DNA of 64,000 nucleotides from a virus. Location: IMG/VR virus record IMGVR_UViG_3300042934_000398, positions 35,444-99,443 of that record; one strand, given 5' to 3'. The notes under the pieces are model-generated. The model did not search any database. It was not told the DNA's origin and saw only the letters and a program-made list of their open reading frames with translations. Below, piece by piece: positions 48,414 to 57,970 of the stretch. The number at the start of each line of letters is the position of its first letter. Position 1 is the stretch's first letter. The position numbers were made by a program, and so were the translations under genes.

Positions 48414-50108
48414 ATGAACGCAGTATACTATTGCAGAGTTAGTACAGAAGAAGATAGTCAAGTAAAAGCAATGGAAAGTCAAATTCAAGAAGCAAAAAAA
48501 TGTATTGAAAATAATGATTGGATTGAAATAGATGGTTATGTTGATGAAGGTAAAAGTGGTACTGCAACAACTAAAAGAGATGAATATAATCGACTATTAA
48601 ATGATTTAGAATCAGATAAATTTGAAATTATTGTTATTAAATCGCAAGACAGATTAATGCGTAATACAAAAGATTGGTATATTTTTATCGATAAACTTGT
48701 TACTAATAATAAAAAATTATTTTTTTATTTGGAAAATAAATTTTATACACCAGATGATGCACTAATTACAGGAATAAAAGCCATTCTTGCTGAAGAATAT
48801 AGTCGTGATTTAAGTAAAAAACTCAATAATGCTCATAGAAATAGGCAAGAAAAAGGGAATAGTGTTGTAATTACGTCTTCTACATGGGGATATGATAAGA
48901 TAAATAAAGAAGTAGTTGTTAATGAAAAAGAAGCTGAAATTGTGAAGTTAATATATGATTTATATATACAAGGTTATGGTAGTAGAACAATTAGTAAGGA
49001 ATTAAGTAACAGAGGAATAAAAAGCAGAACTGGCAAAGATTTTGCTGAAATTACAATAAGAAGGATTATTAGAAATCCTCTATTTAAAGGAACAGCGGTA
49101 ATGAATAAACGCCATATGGATTTTAACACAAAGAAAACTTATCACAATCCTGAAAGTGAATGGATATATCACGAAAACGCTGTACCACCTATTATTTCAT
49201 CAGAAATTTGGGAACAAGCTAATAAAATAATGGATACAAAATCTAAAGAAGTACATGGAGAAGAATTTGGTAAAAGAAGACAGGGTAAAAATTTAGGAAA
49301 ATTTAATTTATCAAGTAAAATAATCTGTGGAGAATGTGAATCAGTTTATTGGAGAAGATATCGCAAAAATACTAAAGGTGAACAGATAGTTGATTGGAGT
49401 TGCAGTGAATATGTTAAAAGAGGTCGTAAAAATAAAATTGATTCAAGAGGAAAGAATAAAATTAAATTAAATGCTAAAGAAGGTGGATGTGACAATATCC
49501 ATATAAATGATAATGATATATATAATATTATTGTTAAAATATCAAATAAAGTATTTAATAAGGATAAAAACAATATTATCGATAAATACACTGCCGTTTT
49601 AAATATTGCTTTCTCAAATGAAACATTACAAGATGAAAAACAACAGTTGGAATCAGAGAAAGTAAAAATATTAAACCAAAAAAATATATTATTAGATAAA
49701 CTACTTGATGATATAATAACAAATGATGATTATAAACGAAAAGATTATGAGTTAGAAAATAGATTAAATCAGATTATAGCCAAAGAAGAGACTCTAACAG
49801 AACGAGAAAAAGAAGCATCTAGTCAAGAAAAAAGAATTAATGAACTAAAAGAACTATTAGAGATAGAAGGTAACGATGAGATAAAGGTTGACAAAATTAT
49901 AAGCCATATAGAGAAGATAGTTATATTCCCAGATTACATGAAAGTTTACTTAGATTTTTATGATGAAATAAATATTAATATTCAAAAAGGAGAAAAAGGC
50001 AAAAAAGAATATCTGTATGTAGACACAGGTAAATACCTGATACCACATACAGACAAATATCACTACGATGGACAAGCCAAAGAAGTAAGAGTTAAGTTAT
50101 ATATATAA
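48414..50108 (+). CDS. Large serine recombinase (integrase)
   Basis: YCRVST catalytic Ser, DRLMRN, recombinase domain, Zn ribbon CGEC, coiled coil. Confidence 0.95.
   Translation: MNAVYYCRVSTEEDSQVKAMESQIQEAKKCIENNDWIEIDGYVDEGKSGTATTKRDEYNRLLNDLESDKFEIIVIKSQDRLMRNTKDWYIFIDKLVTNNKKLFFYLENKFYTPDDALITGIKAILAEEYSRDLSKKLNNAHRNRQEKGNSVVITSSTWGYDKINKEVVVNEKEAEIVKLIYDLYIQGYGSRTISKELSNRGIKSRTGKDFAEITIRRIIRNPLFKGTAVMNKRHMDFNTKKTYHNPESEWIYHENAVPPIISSEIWEQANKIMDTKSKEVHGEEFGKRRQGKNLGKFNLSSKIICGECESVYWRRYRKNTKGEQIVDWSCSEYVKRGRKNKIDSRGKNKIKLNAKEGGCDNIHINDNDIYNIIVKISNKVFNKDKNNIIDKYTAVLNIAFSNETLQDEKQQLESEKVKILNQKNILLDKLLDDIITNDDYKRKDYELENRLNQIIAKEETLTEREKEASSQEKRINELKELLEIEGNDEIKVDKIISHIEKIVIFPDYMKVYLDFYDEININIQKGEKGKKEYLYVDTGKYLIPHTDKYHYDGQAKEVRVKLYI
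50012..50053. other. Candidate attP site inside the integrase 3' end
   Basis: TCTGTATGT-N5-CAGGTA-[AA]-TACCTG-N5-ACATACAGA: symmetric arms around a 2-bp core. Confidence 0.65.
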
Positions 50109-50126
50109 TTATATTCGTAAAAAATA

Positions 50127-50155
50127 GGAGATAGACGAATAAACAATCTATCTCC
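50127..50155. terminator. Hairpin at the convergence of the early and late arms
   Basis: GGAGATAGA...TCTATCTCC. Confidence 0.7.
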
Positions 50156-50186
50156 ATACATAAATTCCACTAATTAATCCTCTCTT

Positions 50187-50798
50187 TTATACCAACAGTC
50201 TACGTAAAGCTTCAGCTCCCAACTTTCCGTTTTTTAACCATCCATTTTTCTTTCTAAAATCATTAACCGCTGCTGTAGTTAAAGAACCCCATTTGCCATC
50301 CGTAACTAAATGTATATCTAGTTTTTCATTTAGTGCTTTTTGTATTATTTTAGTAATAAATATATTGTTGTTTTTTGCATCAAAAGTTGTACCGTTTATA
50401 CCCACATTTGCAATTTGGAAATGAGGTGAATCTACATTGGTAGACCAGTTTGCTCCAGCCTCAAATCCATATTTTGACATTATTTCAATTATCTTTTGAG
50501 TTTGTTTATCTTTTGTATTCCAAATAGCTGTCATCTCCCCATCAATTTTTCTTTGTGGAATTAAGTCAACTGCATTCTTTTTTGTATGTATACTATTAAG
50601 CGTCCATGTGATTTTACTACCTTCTCTAGTACGACCTTGTGCATATAGATAATTTTGTCTTTCTTGACTTCTGTAAGTTTCAACTATTAGTGGTGTAATA
50701 CCATTTTTCTCTATTTCATCAATTGCTAAATTTAATAACACTTGACACAGCGGATTAAGTTTTTTTATATCTCTGCATTGTTCTATATTTTTTGCCAT
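50187..50798 (-). CDS. Endolysin: M15-family L-Ala-D-Glu peptidase with peptidoglycan-binding domain
   Basis: ETYRSQERQNYLYAQGRT, SIH...AVD, DSPHFQ, DGKWGSLT. Confidence 0.9.
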   Translation of the reverse strand: MAKNIEQCRDIKKLNPLCQVLLNLAIDEIEKNGITPLIVETYRSQERQNYLYAQGRTREGSKITWTLNSIHTKKNAVDLIPQRKIDGEMTAIWNTKDKQTQKIIEIMSKYGFEAGANWSTNVDSPHFQIANVGINGTTFDAKNNNIFITKIIQKALNEKLDIHLVTDGKWGSLTTAAVNDFRKKNGWLKNGKLGAEALRRLLV

Positions 50799-50825
50799 TA
50801 TAATTCTCCTTTCATTACATTAAAA

Positions 50826-50849
50826 AAGAGTGGGAGATTAGCCCACTCT
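50826..50849 (-). terminator. Rho-independent terminator
   Basis: AGAGTGGG...CCCACTCT followed by T-run on - strand. Confidence 0.65.
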
Positions 50850-50865
50850 GATAATATATGTATTA

Positions 50866-51192
50866 TTATTTTTTGTTGATTGTATACCCACTTAACTCAG
50901 TTACTAATCCTTCAATCAGAATATCTATTTGTTCTTGTGTAATTTTAATACCTTTTTGTGTTGCATAATGACTTATTGCATCAATGACATAAGCCTTCTT
51001 TTCTTCACCTGATTTCGGTATGTTTTTATAAATTGATTCAGCAGCATTAACGCATTTTTCAATAAAATCTAATACGTCAGCATATTTAGAGTTTTCTAAT
51101 TTTAATTTAACAAATGGAATTATGTATCTAAATACCACTAAAGCTAAAATACCTATTGTATACTTAATAATTGTAAATAATGTTTCATTCAT
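50866..51192 (-). CDS. Phage holin, LL-H family
   Basis: N-terminal TM; VNAAE...GEEKKAYV...ITQEQIDILIE. Confidence 0.8.
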   Translation of the reverse strand: MNETLFTIIKYTIGILALVVFRYIIPFVKLKLENSKYADVLDFIEKCVNAAESIYKNIPKSGEEKKAYVIDAISHYATQKGIKITQEQIDILIEGLVTELSGYTINKK

Positions 51193-51204
51193 AATTTATT
51201 CCTC

Positions 51205-51486
51205 CTATTGATTTATAATCTGATTAATATCAACTTGATCTTTAAATTCTTGTGGCAAAGAACTTATAATTTTTATTCGATTTTCCACTTTACTTTTTAT
51301 GTAATAAAATGTATTCGCAGCTGTAACTTCTCCCCATGATGCTAAGGTAATATTCTCGATTGGAGATACATCAATTTTAAAAATAATACCAACTAACATA
51401 AATAAAGTGAGAGATATAGCAATAATATAACTTGTAACTAAAATTTTTTTACTGAATTCCATTTTCTTTTTATTTTCTTTAATCAT
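51205..51486 (-). CDS. Lysis-cassette membrane protein
   Basis: EFSKKIL, two TM segments, FYYIKSKVEN. Confidence 0.7.
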   Translation of the reverse strand: MIKENKKKMEFSKKILVTSYIIAISLTLFMLVGIIFKIDVSPIENITLASWGEVTAANTFYYIKSKVENRIKIISSLPQEFKDQVDINQIINQ

Positions 51487-51495
51487 TACATCACC

Positions 51496-51930
51496 TTACT
51501 TCCCATCGTAAAAACTATTATGCTCAAGACAATATTGATATTTATTTGAGATATACTTAAAAGCCAGGTCTATTTGACCATTAGTTAATCCTTTTGTCTC
51601 AACATAGTTATTATATCTATCATGTAATGATATAATATTAACATAATTTTCCTTACTCTTTTCTTCACCTCTCATTAATTCATCGGCAAAGTTTAATATG
51701 TTTCTACGCATACTTTCAACTTTATGATCCTGAAGATCATACTGTAATGTTTTTACATCAGATTGAATTTGTGAAATATCTTTTTTGACATCTCTATTCA
51801 ATCTATTACCAATCCATCCTAATAACATTGATATTGGGTTAAATTTAATTGGAGATATTTCAAATAGCATCCCACTCCCAAATAGTATCCAACCTCCGTA
51901 TTTTATATAATCTAATATTTCTTTTTCCAT
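51496..51930 (-). CDS. Lysis-cassette membrane/holin-associated protein
   Basis: EISPIKFNP...RRNILNFADE...NG family seen in Firmicutes phage lysis modules. Confidence 0.7.
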   Translation of the reverse strand: MEKEILDYIKYGGWILFGSGMLFEISPIKFNPISMLLGWIGNRLNRDVKKDISQIQSDVKTLQYDLQDHKVESMRRNILNFADELMRGEEKSKENYVNIISLHDRYNNYVETKGLTNGQIDLAFKYISNKYQYCLEHNSFYDGK

Positions 51931-51968
51931 CCCTCAATTTACACTCATCCTTTCTTTTTTATTGTAAC

Positions 51969-52066
51969 TTGAAACTTACTGGATTACGTGTTATAATTAA
52001 TTAGCACGAATCATTAGTGTTAGAGGATGTTGGTAAATCCCAAAATGCGTCAACATCCTCTTTAAT
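51969..52066 (+). ncRNA. Putative ~60-nt antisense sRNA (promoter included in coordinates)
   Basis: TTGAAA-N17-TATAAT with extended TG on +, then hairpin TAGCAC/GTGTTA and strong AGAGGATGTTG/CAACATCCTCT stem; no ORF. Confidence 0.5.
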
Positions 52067-52240
52067 TAAAAAAACATTAAAATAAGAGCCAATATAAGGC
52101 TCTATAATTTTTTACCCATAATCTAATACCTAATTTACATTTTAATGCCTATATAAAGGCTGTACAAATTAATATAATACTTATAATCAACAAAAATTCC
52201 ACTCTGGATAAAACACAGATTTTATAAAGAATTACATAGT

Positions 52241-52313
52241 AAAAGAGTGGCAGAATATAACCACTCTTTATTTTTATGTTATTTAGTTGCTTCGCAATAG
52301 TATCCTATTGCTA
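52241..52313. repeat. Terminator plus TTCGCAAT site, copy 1 (3' of tail fibre gene 2)
   Basis: AAAGAGTGG..CCACTCTT...ATTTAGTTGCTTCGCAATAG; direct repeat of 54426-54495. Confidence 0.8.
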
Positions 52314-54401
52314 TCTAAATAATGCAATTTCTTTGATTTTGACTGTTCCTAAATTAGTTAAAACTAATTCCACATATCCAGTACCGTATACGTCAGATAT
52401 ATCGACCCACAATTCATAATTTGTTGTATCATATTGGTAAGTCCCCTTTTTAATAAAAGTATTATAAATCGTAGCACTAGTATTAACACCAGTTCTTGCA
52501 TCTGATGTAAGTCTAATATCTAATGTATTACCTGTAGTATTTATAAAATCAATATCACACATCAAATAAAGACGACTATAATTATCAAATTTTAACTGAT
52601 CATCAAATACAAGTCCTTGATAACCATTTCCAGTTGCACCAGACATAGTAAATATGATTTGATTATTTGTCGTATCTTCTACAACTGTTGATGTATTTCT
52701 ATCTTCAGCCAAAACCGAACTAGACACGTACGCCATATATGTATGTTTTGTGACACTTAAATGATGCCTATCAGTAACTACTTTTTTTTCTGTATCTGCA
52801 AGTTGTACTGGAGTATATGTTGCGTAATCATTTCCTGTAAAGTACGGATTATCCCAAATAATTCTACTATCTGCACTGCATTGATATAATTTTCCTTGTG
52901 GTGTAGTTGGTAATGCATCATATTCTATGGTTACTATTTTTGGATCAATTATATGTAATGTGCTATATGCTTCAAGCCATAATGTAGGATTCGTCGTAGA
53001 TAAAGGTCTTTGAATGCTACAATTAATCATAGTTATTCTACTTTTACTCCAGACAGTAGATCCTATAACCCTCAATACTCCACTACTAGCAGGGCTTTCT
53101 GAATGACAATTTAATAATGTTGCTCTACTCGCATATAGGTAATATGCAACTAAAGCCCCTCCATCATTAGAACAATTTATAAAAGTTACGTTCCCTTTTA
53201 TTTTATATCCATATACGTTGACTCCATTTAAATGACAATCTTTAAACATAAGAGTAGTTGCTCCAGAACTATCAGACCATGACACAAATCCATTTAATAA
53301 TAAATTAAATTCAATATTTTCAAATAAATCAAAAGAAGCATATCTGCTTGATTCAATTCCAGTGTTCATATTATGAAAACCCAAATTAATAAATCTAGCA
53401 AACATCAATCCATATGAATATATTCCATAAGATACACGAGTGCTTGCAGTACTTTTTAATGTTAAATCACTTATGTGAACATATTTACTTATAGATTGAT
53501 TGCTCCAAATACTTGTAATTGCAGTATTTGATTTTGTAAGTTCGTTACCTATTATAAATATCGCATCTATGTCAGTATAATCAGACAAGGTAGATGTTGT
53601 ATTAGTATTTTTTATAATATTAGTTATATCTCGACCAGAACCAAATATAATGGTATTAGTTCCTGAATTATCAAATTGAGTACCATATATTATTAGAGGT
53701 GCTGATATTAGATAATCTCCTTTAGGTAAAAATAACTTCATCTTGTTTTCATATGTATAATTAATAATTGATTGCAATGCAGAAGTATCGTCTGTAACGC
53801 CATCTCCTACTGCGCCTACTAAAGGCAATGGTGGATATTTTGCATTTATAGCTGTTAATAACAATCGAGACGTGTTAGATGCCAATTGCGAACTAACTTC
53901 ATTTACAGCACCAACTAAATTGGATTTTTCAGTAGTATTTAATACTGTTTTATCTCCAATATCAGTAGTATTGGTATCAATTCTACCTTTATTTTCATTA
54001 ATTGCCCCAACCAAATCAGTATTTGATGTGGTATTTAGATTTGATAAATTACCTACTCTTTGTCCAATTTCTTGCAATGCTGCATTTGTATTATCAGTAG
54101 TATAATAATTTCCAGTATCTAATATAGGTAATTGGCTTGCGTTTTCTAATCCAGCACCAGCAGAAGCAATTATCATCCAATAATTTATATCAGTAGGTAA
54201 AACACCTTTACATGGTACTTTGTTTAAATATGAACTACCATTATATGTAACTTTATTGCCTACGACATATGATGTTGTTGGATTATACTCTTCCCAAAAG
54301 TTTCTTGCATTCTCATTTGTTTTTCTCTGATTCTCGTTTATAATCATTTCTGCATTCAAAGCTTCAGAAGTTAATACTTTATTTGCTTTAACAATCTTCA
54401 T
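52311..54401 (-). CDS. Tail fibre/tailspike with pectate-lyase-like beta-helix (receptor binding or depolymerase)
   Basis: CBM-like YVVGNKVTYNG, L.TT.K..LVGAINE repeats, SQLA junction, GAVGDGVTDDT. Confidence 0.85.
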   Translation of the reverse strand: MKIVKANKVLTSEALNAEMIINENQRKTNENARNFWEEYNPTTSYVVGNKVTYNGSSYLNKVPCKGVLPTDINYWMIIASAGAGLENASQLPILDTGNYYTTDNTNAALQEIGQRVGNLSNLNTTSNTDLVGAINENKGRIDTNTTDIGDKTVLNTTEKSNLVGAVNEVSSQLASNTSRLLLTAINAKYPPLPLVGAVGDGVTDDTSALQSIINYTYENKMKLFLPKGDYLISAPLIIYGTQFDNSGTNTIIFGSGRDITNIIKNTNTTSTLSDYTDIDAIFIIGNELTKSNTAITSIWSNQSISKYVHISDLTLKSTASTRVSYGIYSYGLMFARFINLGFHNMNTGIESSRYASFDLFENIEFNLLLNGFVSWSDSSGATTLMFKDCHLNGVNVYGYKIKGNVTFINCSNDGGALVAYYLYASRATLLNCHSESPASSGVLRVIGSTVWSKSRITMINCSIQRPLSTTNPTLWLEAYSTLHIIDPKIVTIEYDALPTTPQGKLYQCSADSRIIWDNPYFTGNDYATYTPVQLADTEKKVVTDRHHLSVTKHTYMAYVSSSVLAEDRNTSTVVEDTTNNQIIFTMSGATGNGYQGLVFDDQLKFDNYSRLYLMCDIDFINTTGNTLDIRLTSDARTGVNTSATIYNTFIKKGTYQYDTTNYELWVDISDVYGTGYVELVLTNLGTVKIKEIALFR

Positions 54402-54425
54402 TTTTACCTCCTTTTGTGTATAATA

Positions 54426-54495
54426 AAAAGAGTGGTGATTAACCACTCTTGAGTTATGTGATATTTAGTTACTTCGCAATAGAATCCAATTTCTA
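54426..54495. repeat. Terminator plus TTCGCAAT site, copy 2 (3' of BppU gene)
   Basis: AAAGAGTGG..CCACTCTT...ATTTAGTTACTTCGCAATAG. Confidence 0.8.
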
Positions 54496-54496
54496 A

Positions 54497-57076
54497 TTAA
54501 ACCAATGGAATTGTTTGTGATCCGCTATTTGTTAAAACATATACTTTAACACTATCAATCCATATACTAACATCTTGACCGATAATCGGTTCTATTATAA
54601 AGTATGGATAATACGTTCCAGCACTTGCGACAACTGATGAATAATGAATATATTCACACCATTTTTTATTAATGTGCATTATTTGAGGATTTCCCAATCC
54701 TGCCGATCCTGTAAACCTCATTTTAATATTTGATTGAACATTAGATTTTAATTTTATAAAACATAATAAAGTATCGCCAATGTTTGCTGTAAAACTAGTT
54801 CCATTTAATGAGCCTTGTTTAGTAACACCATTTCCAAGAACATCAATTCTATAGCTTTGCATTGCTGTTAAAAACGTAGATGTGTCAACAACTCCACTTA
54901 ATCCAGTATCCGTATTAGTTTCGGAAGAATCAAAATCTCTATTGATTGTTGGTGATTGCGTTAACCATATAGGGTTAATATCGGTTGATAATCCATTTTT
55001 TGCTACGCTTGACATAGTAGTTATGGCGTTAGAATTTATATTAATATTTTCTAATATTGGTATTCCGCCATGTACAGTCGCACTACCAGAAGTAACTTTA
55101 AAATCTTCGAGTTTAATAACCGTATTATCATAATCAGTACATATAAATCCTTTTCCTGAGTAATTTGCCATAAATATAGATTTCATATGTAGCGTACCAC
55201 ATTTATTTATCATATTTATAAAATATTTATGATTCTGCAATGTGTCAGCCAGTGATAAATGGGCGTTTTCAATTTTAATATTAAAACAATTATCAAACGT
55301 TATAATTGATGAATCACTGGATGTTATAACACGTTCAAACCACGGACTATTAAAATAGATTTGTTCACAATCTTTCATTCTTAAAACTTCATTATTGTAG
55401 AAATTTTCAATAGAAAAACTTCTAAATTCTACTTGTTTTACTATTTCCATATAAACCACAGGAGATAAAGTTACTGTGTTATCACCTTGAATTTCTACTT
55501 TATCAAATATTAGTATATTGTTCTCATTAATGCCAGTATCTCGTTTTTCTGCTCTAAAGCCACACTTTTGAAAAAATACATTTTTCATTGAAACCCATAG
55601 AACGCCCTTGTATTTCAATGCGTATTTATTAGTATTAGCGAATATTATATTTTCTATGTGGAATCCTGCGCAGTTTTCAAGGCTTAATACGTCATTTCCT
55701 GTAAATTTTCCGTTTTTGATAACCGAGTTTAATCTAATTGCATCGCTATAATTCAACCAATAGCCAGTTCCTGTGTAATTTATAGTTGCACCGTTCAAGT
55801 TTAGTACAATTTGTTTTGTTACTAAAATAGGAGTTGTTACTTCGTAAATCTTGCCGCCACTAAATATTATTTCTTGACCGTTTATCGCCTTTGTGATAGC
55901 ATTAAAAATCTTTTCATCATCTGTATCACCTTCTTTTTCCACATGGATAATCTCTGCCAATTGCGAATTAACTTCATTTACTGAACCTACTAGATTTGTT
56001 TTTTCTATCGTTGTTAAAGCAGATAAATCACCAATTTCAGTGTCGTGTTCATTAATTGCATTAACTATATTTTCTTTGTTTGTAGTATTAAGAGTTGCTA
56101 AATCACCAGTTTTAGTATCAACTTCAGTTTTTGTATATACATTAGTTATGCCTAAGTCAGCAATAGCAGTGGGAGTAGTACCACTTTGAACTCTACCCTT
56201 AATATCAGTAGTGACTTTTGTATATGTACCGACTGTGCCAAAATCAGATAATACACCATCGGCAGCTTGATTTGCAGCATCAGTAGCAGCTACAGCGTTG
56301 TCAATTAAATTTTGCAATTCAGTAGGTAATACACCATCATTATCAGTAATTTCATAAATATTTTTCGGATTATCTTTATCTGTTTGTGGAAGAGCATCAT
56401 ATTCAGCTTGTGTTACATAAAAATAATCAGGTCTTAATTCTTCACTAGCAATACGCTGATTTTCGGTTTGTATACGAATATCTTCAGCATTCTGTACATT
56501 TATATTTGTTTGATTTATTATATTTGTGGCATTTATAGCATTTTCTGTGGCAATTTCAGCATTCGTAATAGCAGTTTCAGTTCTACTAATTGCATCATTC
56601 ATATCAAATATTAAATCACCAACAGAATTCATAGCATCTGTTAATGCATTAAATTCATTTGTACTAATAACTGTATTATCATCTAAAGCTGATTTGTCTA
56701 CTCGTATTTTAAATTTAGGGGTGGATAATAATTTCTGCATTGTAGTGCCATCACCATTATCTATTGTTTTATATAATCTAAATTCAGCATCCAAATTACC
56801 ATCCAATATAGTAGTTTGTAATGAAATTGGATATATAATTTGATTATTCTCAATGATACACTGATTAAAAATACCATTGTTATCACGTTTAGTACATGCA
56901 AATATTGCAATAGCACCATCTGGTATAGTGTAGATCTCGCTGTCTTTCCATACGTTTGCGACAATGTATCTCGAATTCTCGTCATATTGTTTTGTATAAA
57001 CAACATCTAAATGTTTTAAACTGTGGAAATCTACGTCTATGTTATAAACAATATCTGATTCATAATTAATCGCCAT
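54497..57076 (-). CDS. BppU-family upper baseplate/tail fibre protein with C-terminal beta-helix
   Basis: KQYDENSR N-terminal BppU motif, GTYTKVTTDIKGRV, SQLAEI junction, beta-helix repeats. Confidence 0.85.
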   Translation of the reverse strand: MAINYESDIVYNIDVDFHSLKHLDVVYTKQYDENSRYIVANVWKDSEIYTIPDGAIAIFACTKRDNNGIFNQCIIENNQIIYPISLQTTILDGNLDAEFRLYKTIDNGDGTTMQKLLSTPKFKIRVDKSALDDNTVISTNEFNALTDAMNSVGDLIFDMNDAISRTETAITNAEIATENAINATNIINQTNINVQNAEDIRIQTENQRIASEELRPDYFYVTQAEYDALPQTDKDNPKNIYEITDNDGVLPTELQNLIDNAVAATDAANQAADGVLSDFGTVGTYTKVTTDIKGRVQSGTTPTAIADLGITNVYTKTEVDTKTGDLATLNTTNKENIVNAINEHDTEIGDLSALTTIEKTNLVGSVNEVNSQLAEIIHVEKEGDTDDEKIFNAITKAINGQEIIFSGGKIYEVTTPILVTKQIVLNLNGATINYTGTGYWLNYSDAIRLNSVIKNGKFTGNDVLSLENCAGFHIENIIFANTNKYALKYKGVLWVSMKNVFFQKCGFRAEKRDTGINENNILIFDKVEIQGDNTVTLSPVVYMEIVKQVEFRSFSIENFYNNEVLRMKDCEQIYFNSPWFERVITSSDSSIITFDNCFNIKIENAHLSLADTLQNHKYFINMINKCGTLHMKSIFMANYSGKGFICTDYDNTVIKLEDFKVTSGSATVHGGIPILENININSNAITTMSSVAKNGLSTDINPIWLTQSPTINRDFDSSETNTDTGLSGVVDTSTFLTAMQSYRIDVLGNGVTKQGSLNGTSFTANIGDTLLCFIKLKSNVQSNIKMRFTGSAGLGNPQIMHINKKWCEYIHYSSVVASAGTYYPYFIIEPIIGQDVSIWIDSVKVYVLTNSGSQTIPLV

Positions 57077-57108
57077 TTAAACACTTCCTTTCGTATAATA
57101 TTGTTTGT

Positions 57109-57495
57109 TTATTCTTCTATCATAAATTCCAAATTAAATAGGGTAGTAGCTTTAACATCTACTTTATCTAAGTCAGAAAGTTTAATTTTATGTACATCAA
57201 TCGTATCCTCACAATTTAATAAATCTTGTTTTTCTTTTGTAAATTCATGTACATATTTAGGTGCAATTTTAAATTGATTGCTTTCATCAATCTTAACTTC
57301 GCCATTTTCATCTTTAAGAGCATATTGTTCAATTAATTTTTTTTCGCAATCACTAAAATCTTTAATAGCATCAGTTAATTTACGATAATTTTTATTTAAA
57401 TTCCAACTGATTTTACTTGGTAATTTTTCATTCATTAACTCCTCAATTGCGTGTATAGCAGATATAACCTCATAATTTTTTAAAGTAATTTCCAT
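57109..57495 (-). CDS. Phage tail-associated protein (DUF1617-like)
   Basis: KLPSKISWNL.KN, KLIEQYA.KDENG. Confidence 0.7.
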   Translation of the reverse strand: MEITLKNYEVISAIHAIEELMNEKLPSKISWNLNKNYRKLTDAIKDFSDCEKKLIEQYALKDENGEVKIDESNQFKIAPKYVHEFTKEKQDLLNCEDTIDVHKIKLSDLDKVDVKATTLFNLEFMIEE

Positions 57496-57595
57496 TCAAA
57501 TATTCCTTTCATTTGCTTTTATATTTTTGAGCATAATAAAAGAGCCTGATATTAATCAGACTCAATTAGCTTGTACCATATTTAGTTATCATTTT

Positions 57596-57970
57596 TTAAT
57601 AAAATATTCTTATAATAATTCCATATGACCTATCGTTTCCTATTGTGAGCGTCACTGTTTGCAATTCTTCATTATATGTTATATAATCCAAATCTTCTGT
57701 CAAAATAGTATGTAAGTAGTGTTTTTCATTCCATAATTTTTCTTCACTATCAGATACAATTAATATACCATTTTTTAACTCCATTGTTATATTTTTTAAT
57801 TCATAACATATAAGTGGGAGAGTACCATTGCTATCGGTATATAATTCAAATACCTTATATAGATGTGGGTATTCTTCGTTGTACATTGTATCAAAGAATG
57901 AAATTAAGTCTTCTATATCTTCTTTAGTAGCAGTAGGATATGGAGTTATTTCAATATGAGTGTTAGGCAT
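57596..57970 (-). CDS. Hypothetical protein
   Basis: AGGAGG RBS inside the antirepressor 3' end. Confidence 0.6.
   Translation of the reverse strand: MPNTHIEITPYPTATKEDIEDLISFFDTMYNEEYPHLYKVFELYTDSNGTLPLICYELKNITMELKNGILIVSDSEEKLWNEKHYLHTILTEDLDYITYNEELQTVTLTIGNDRSYGIIIRIFY

Noticed and set aside
52311-57076. Diversity-generating retroelement targeting the tail fibres
   Set aside because: No reverse transcriptase and no TR/VR pair differing only at adenines; shared segments are stalk repeats and the TTCGCAAT sites
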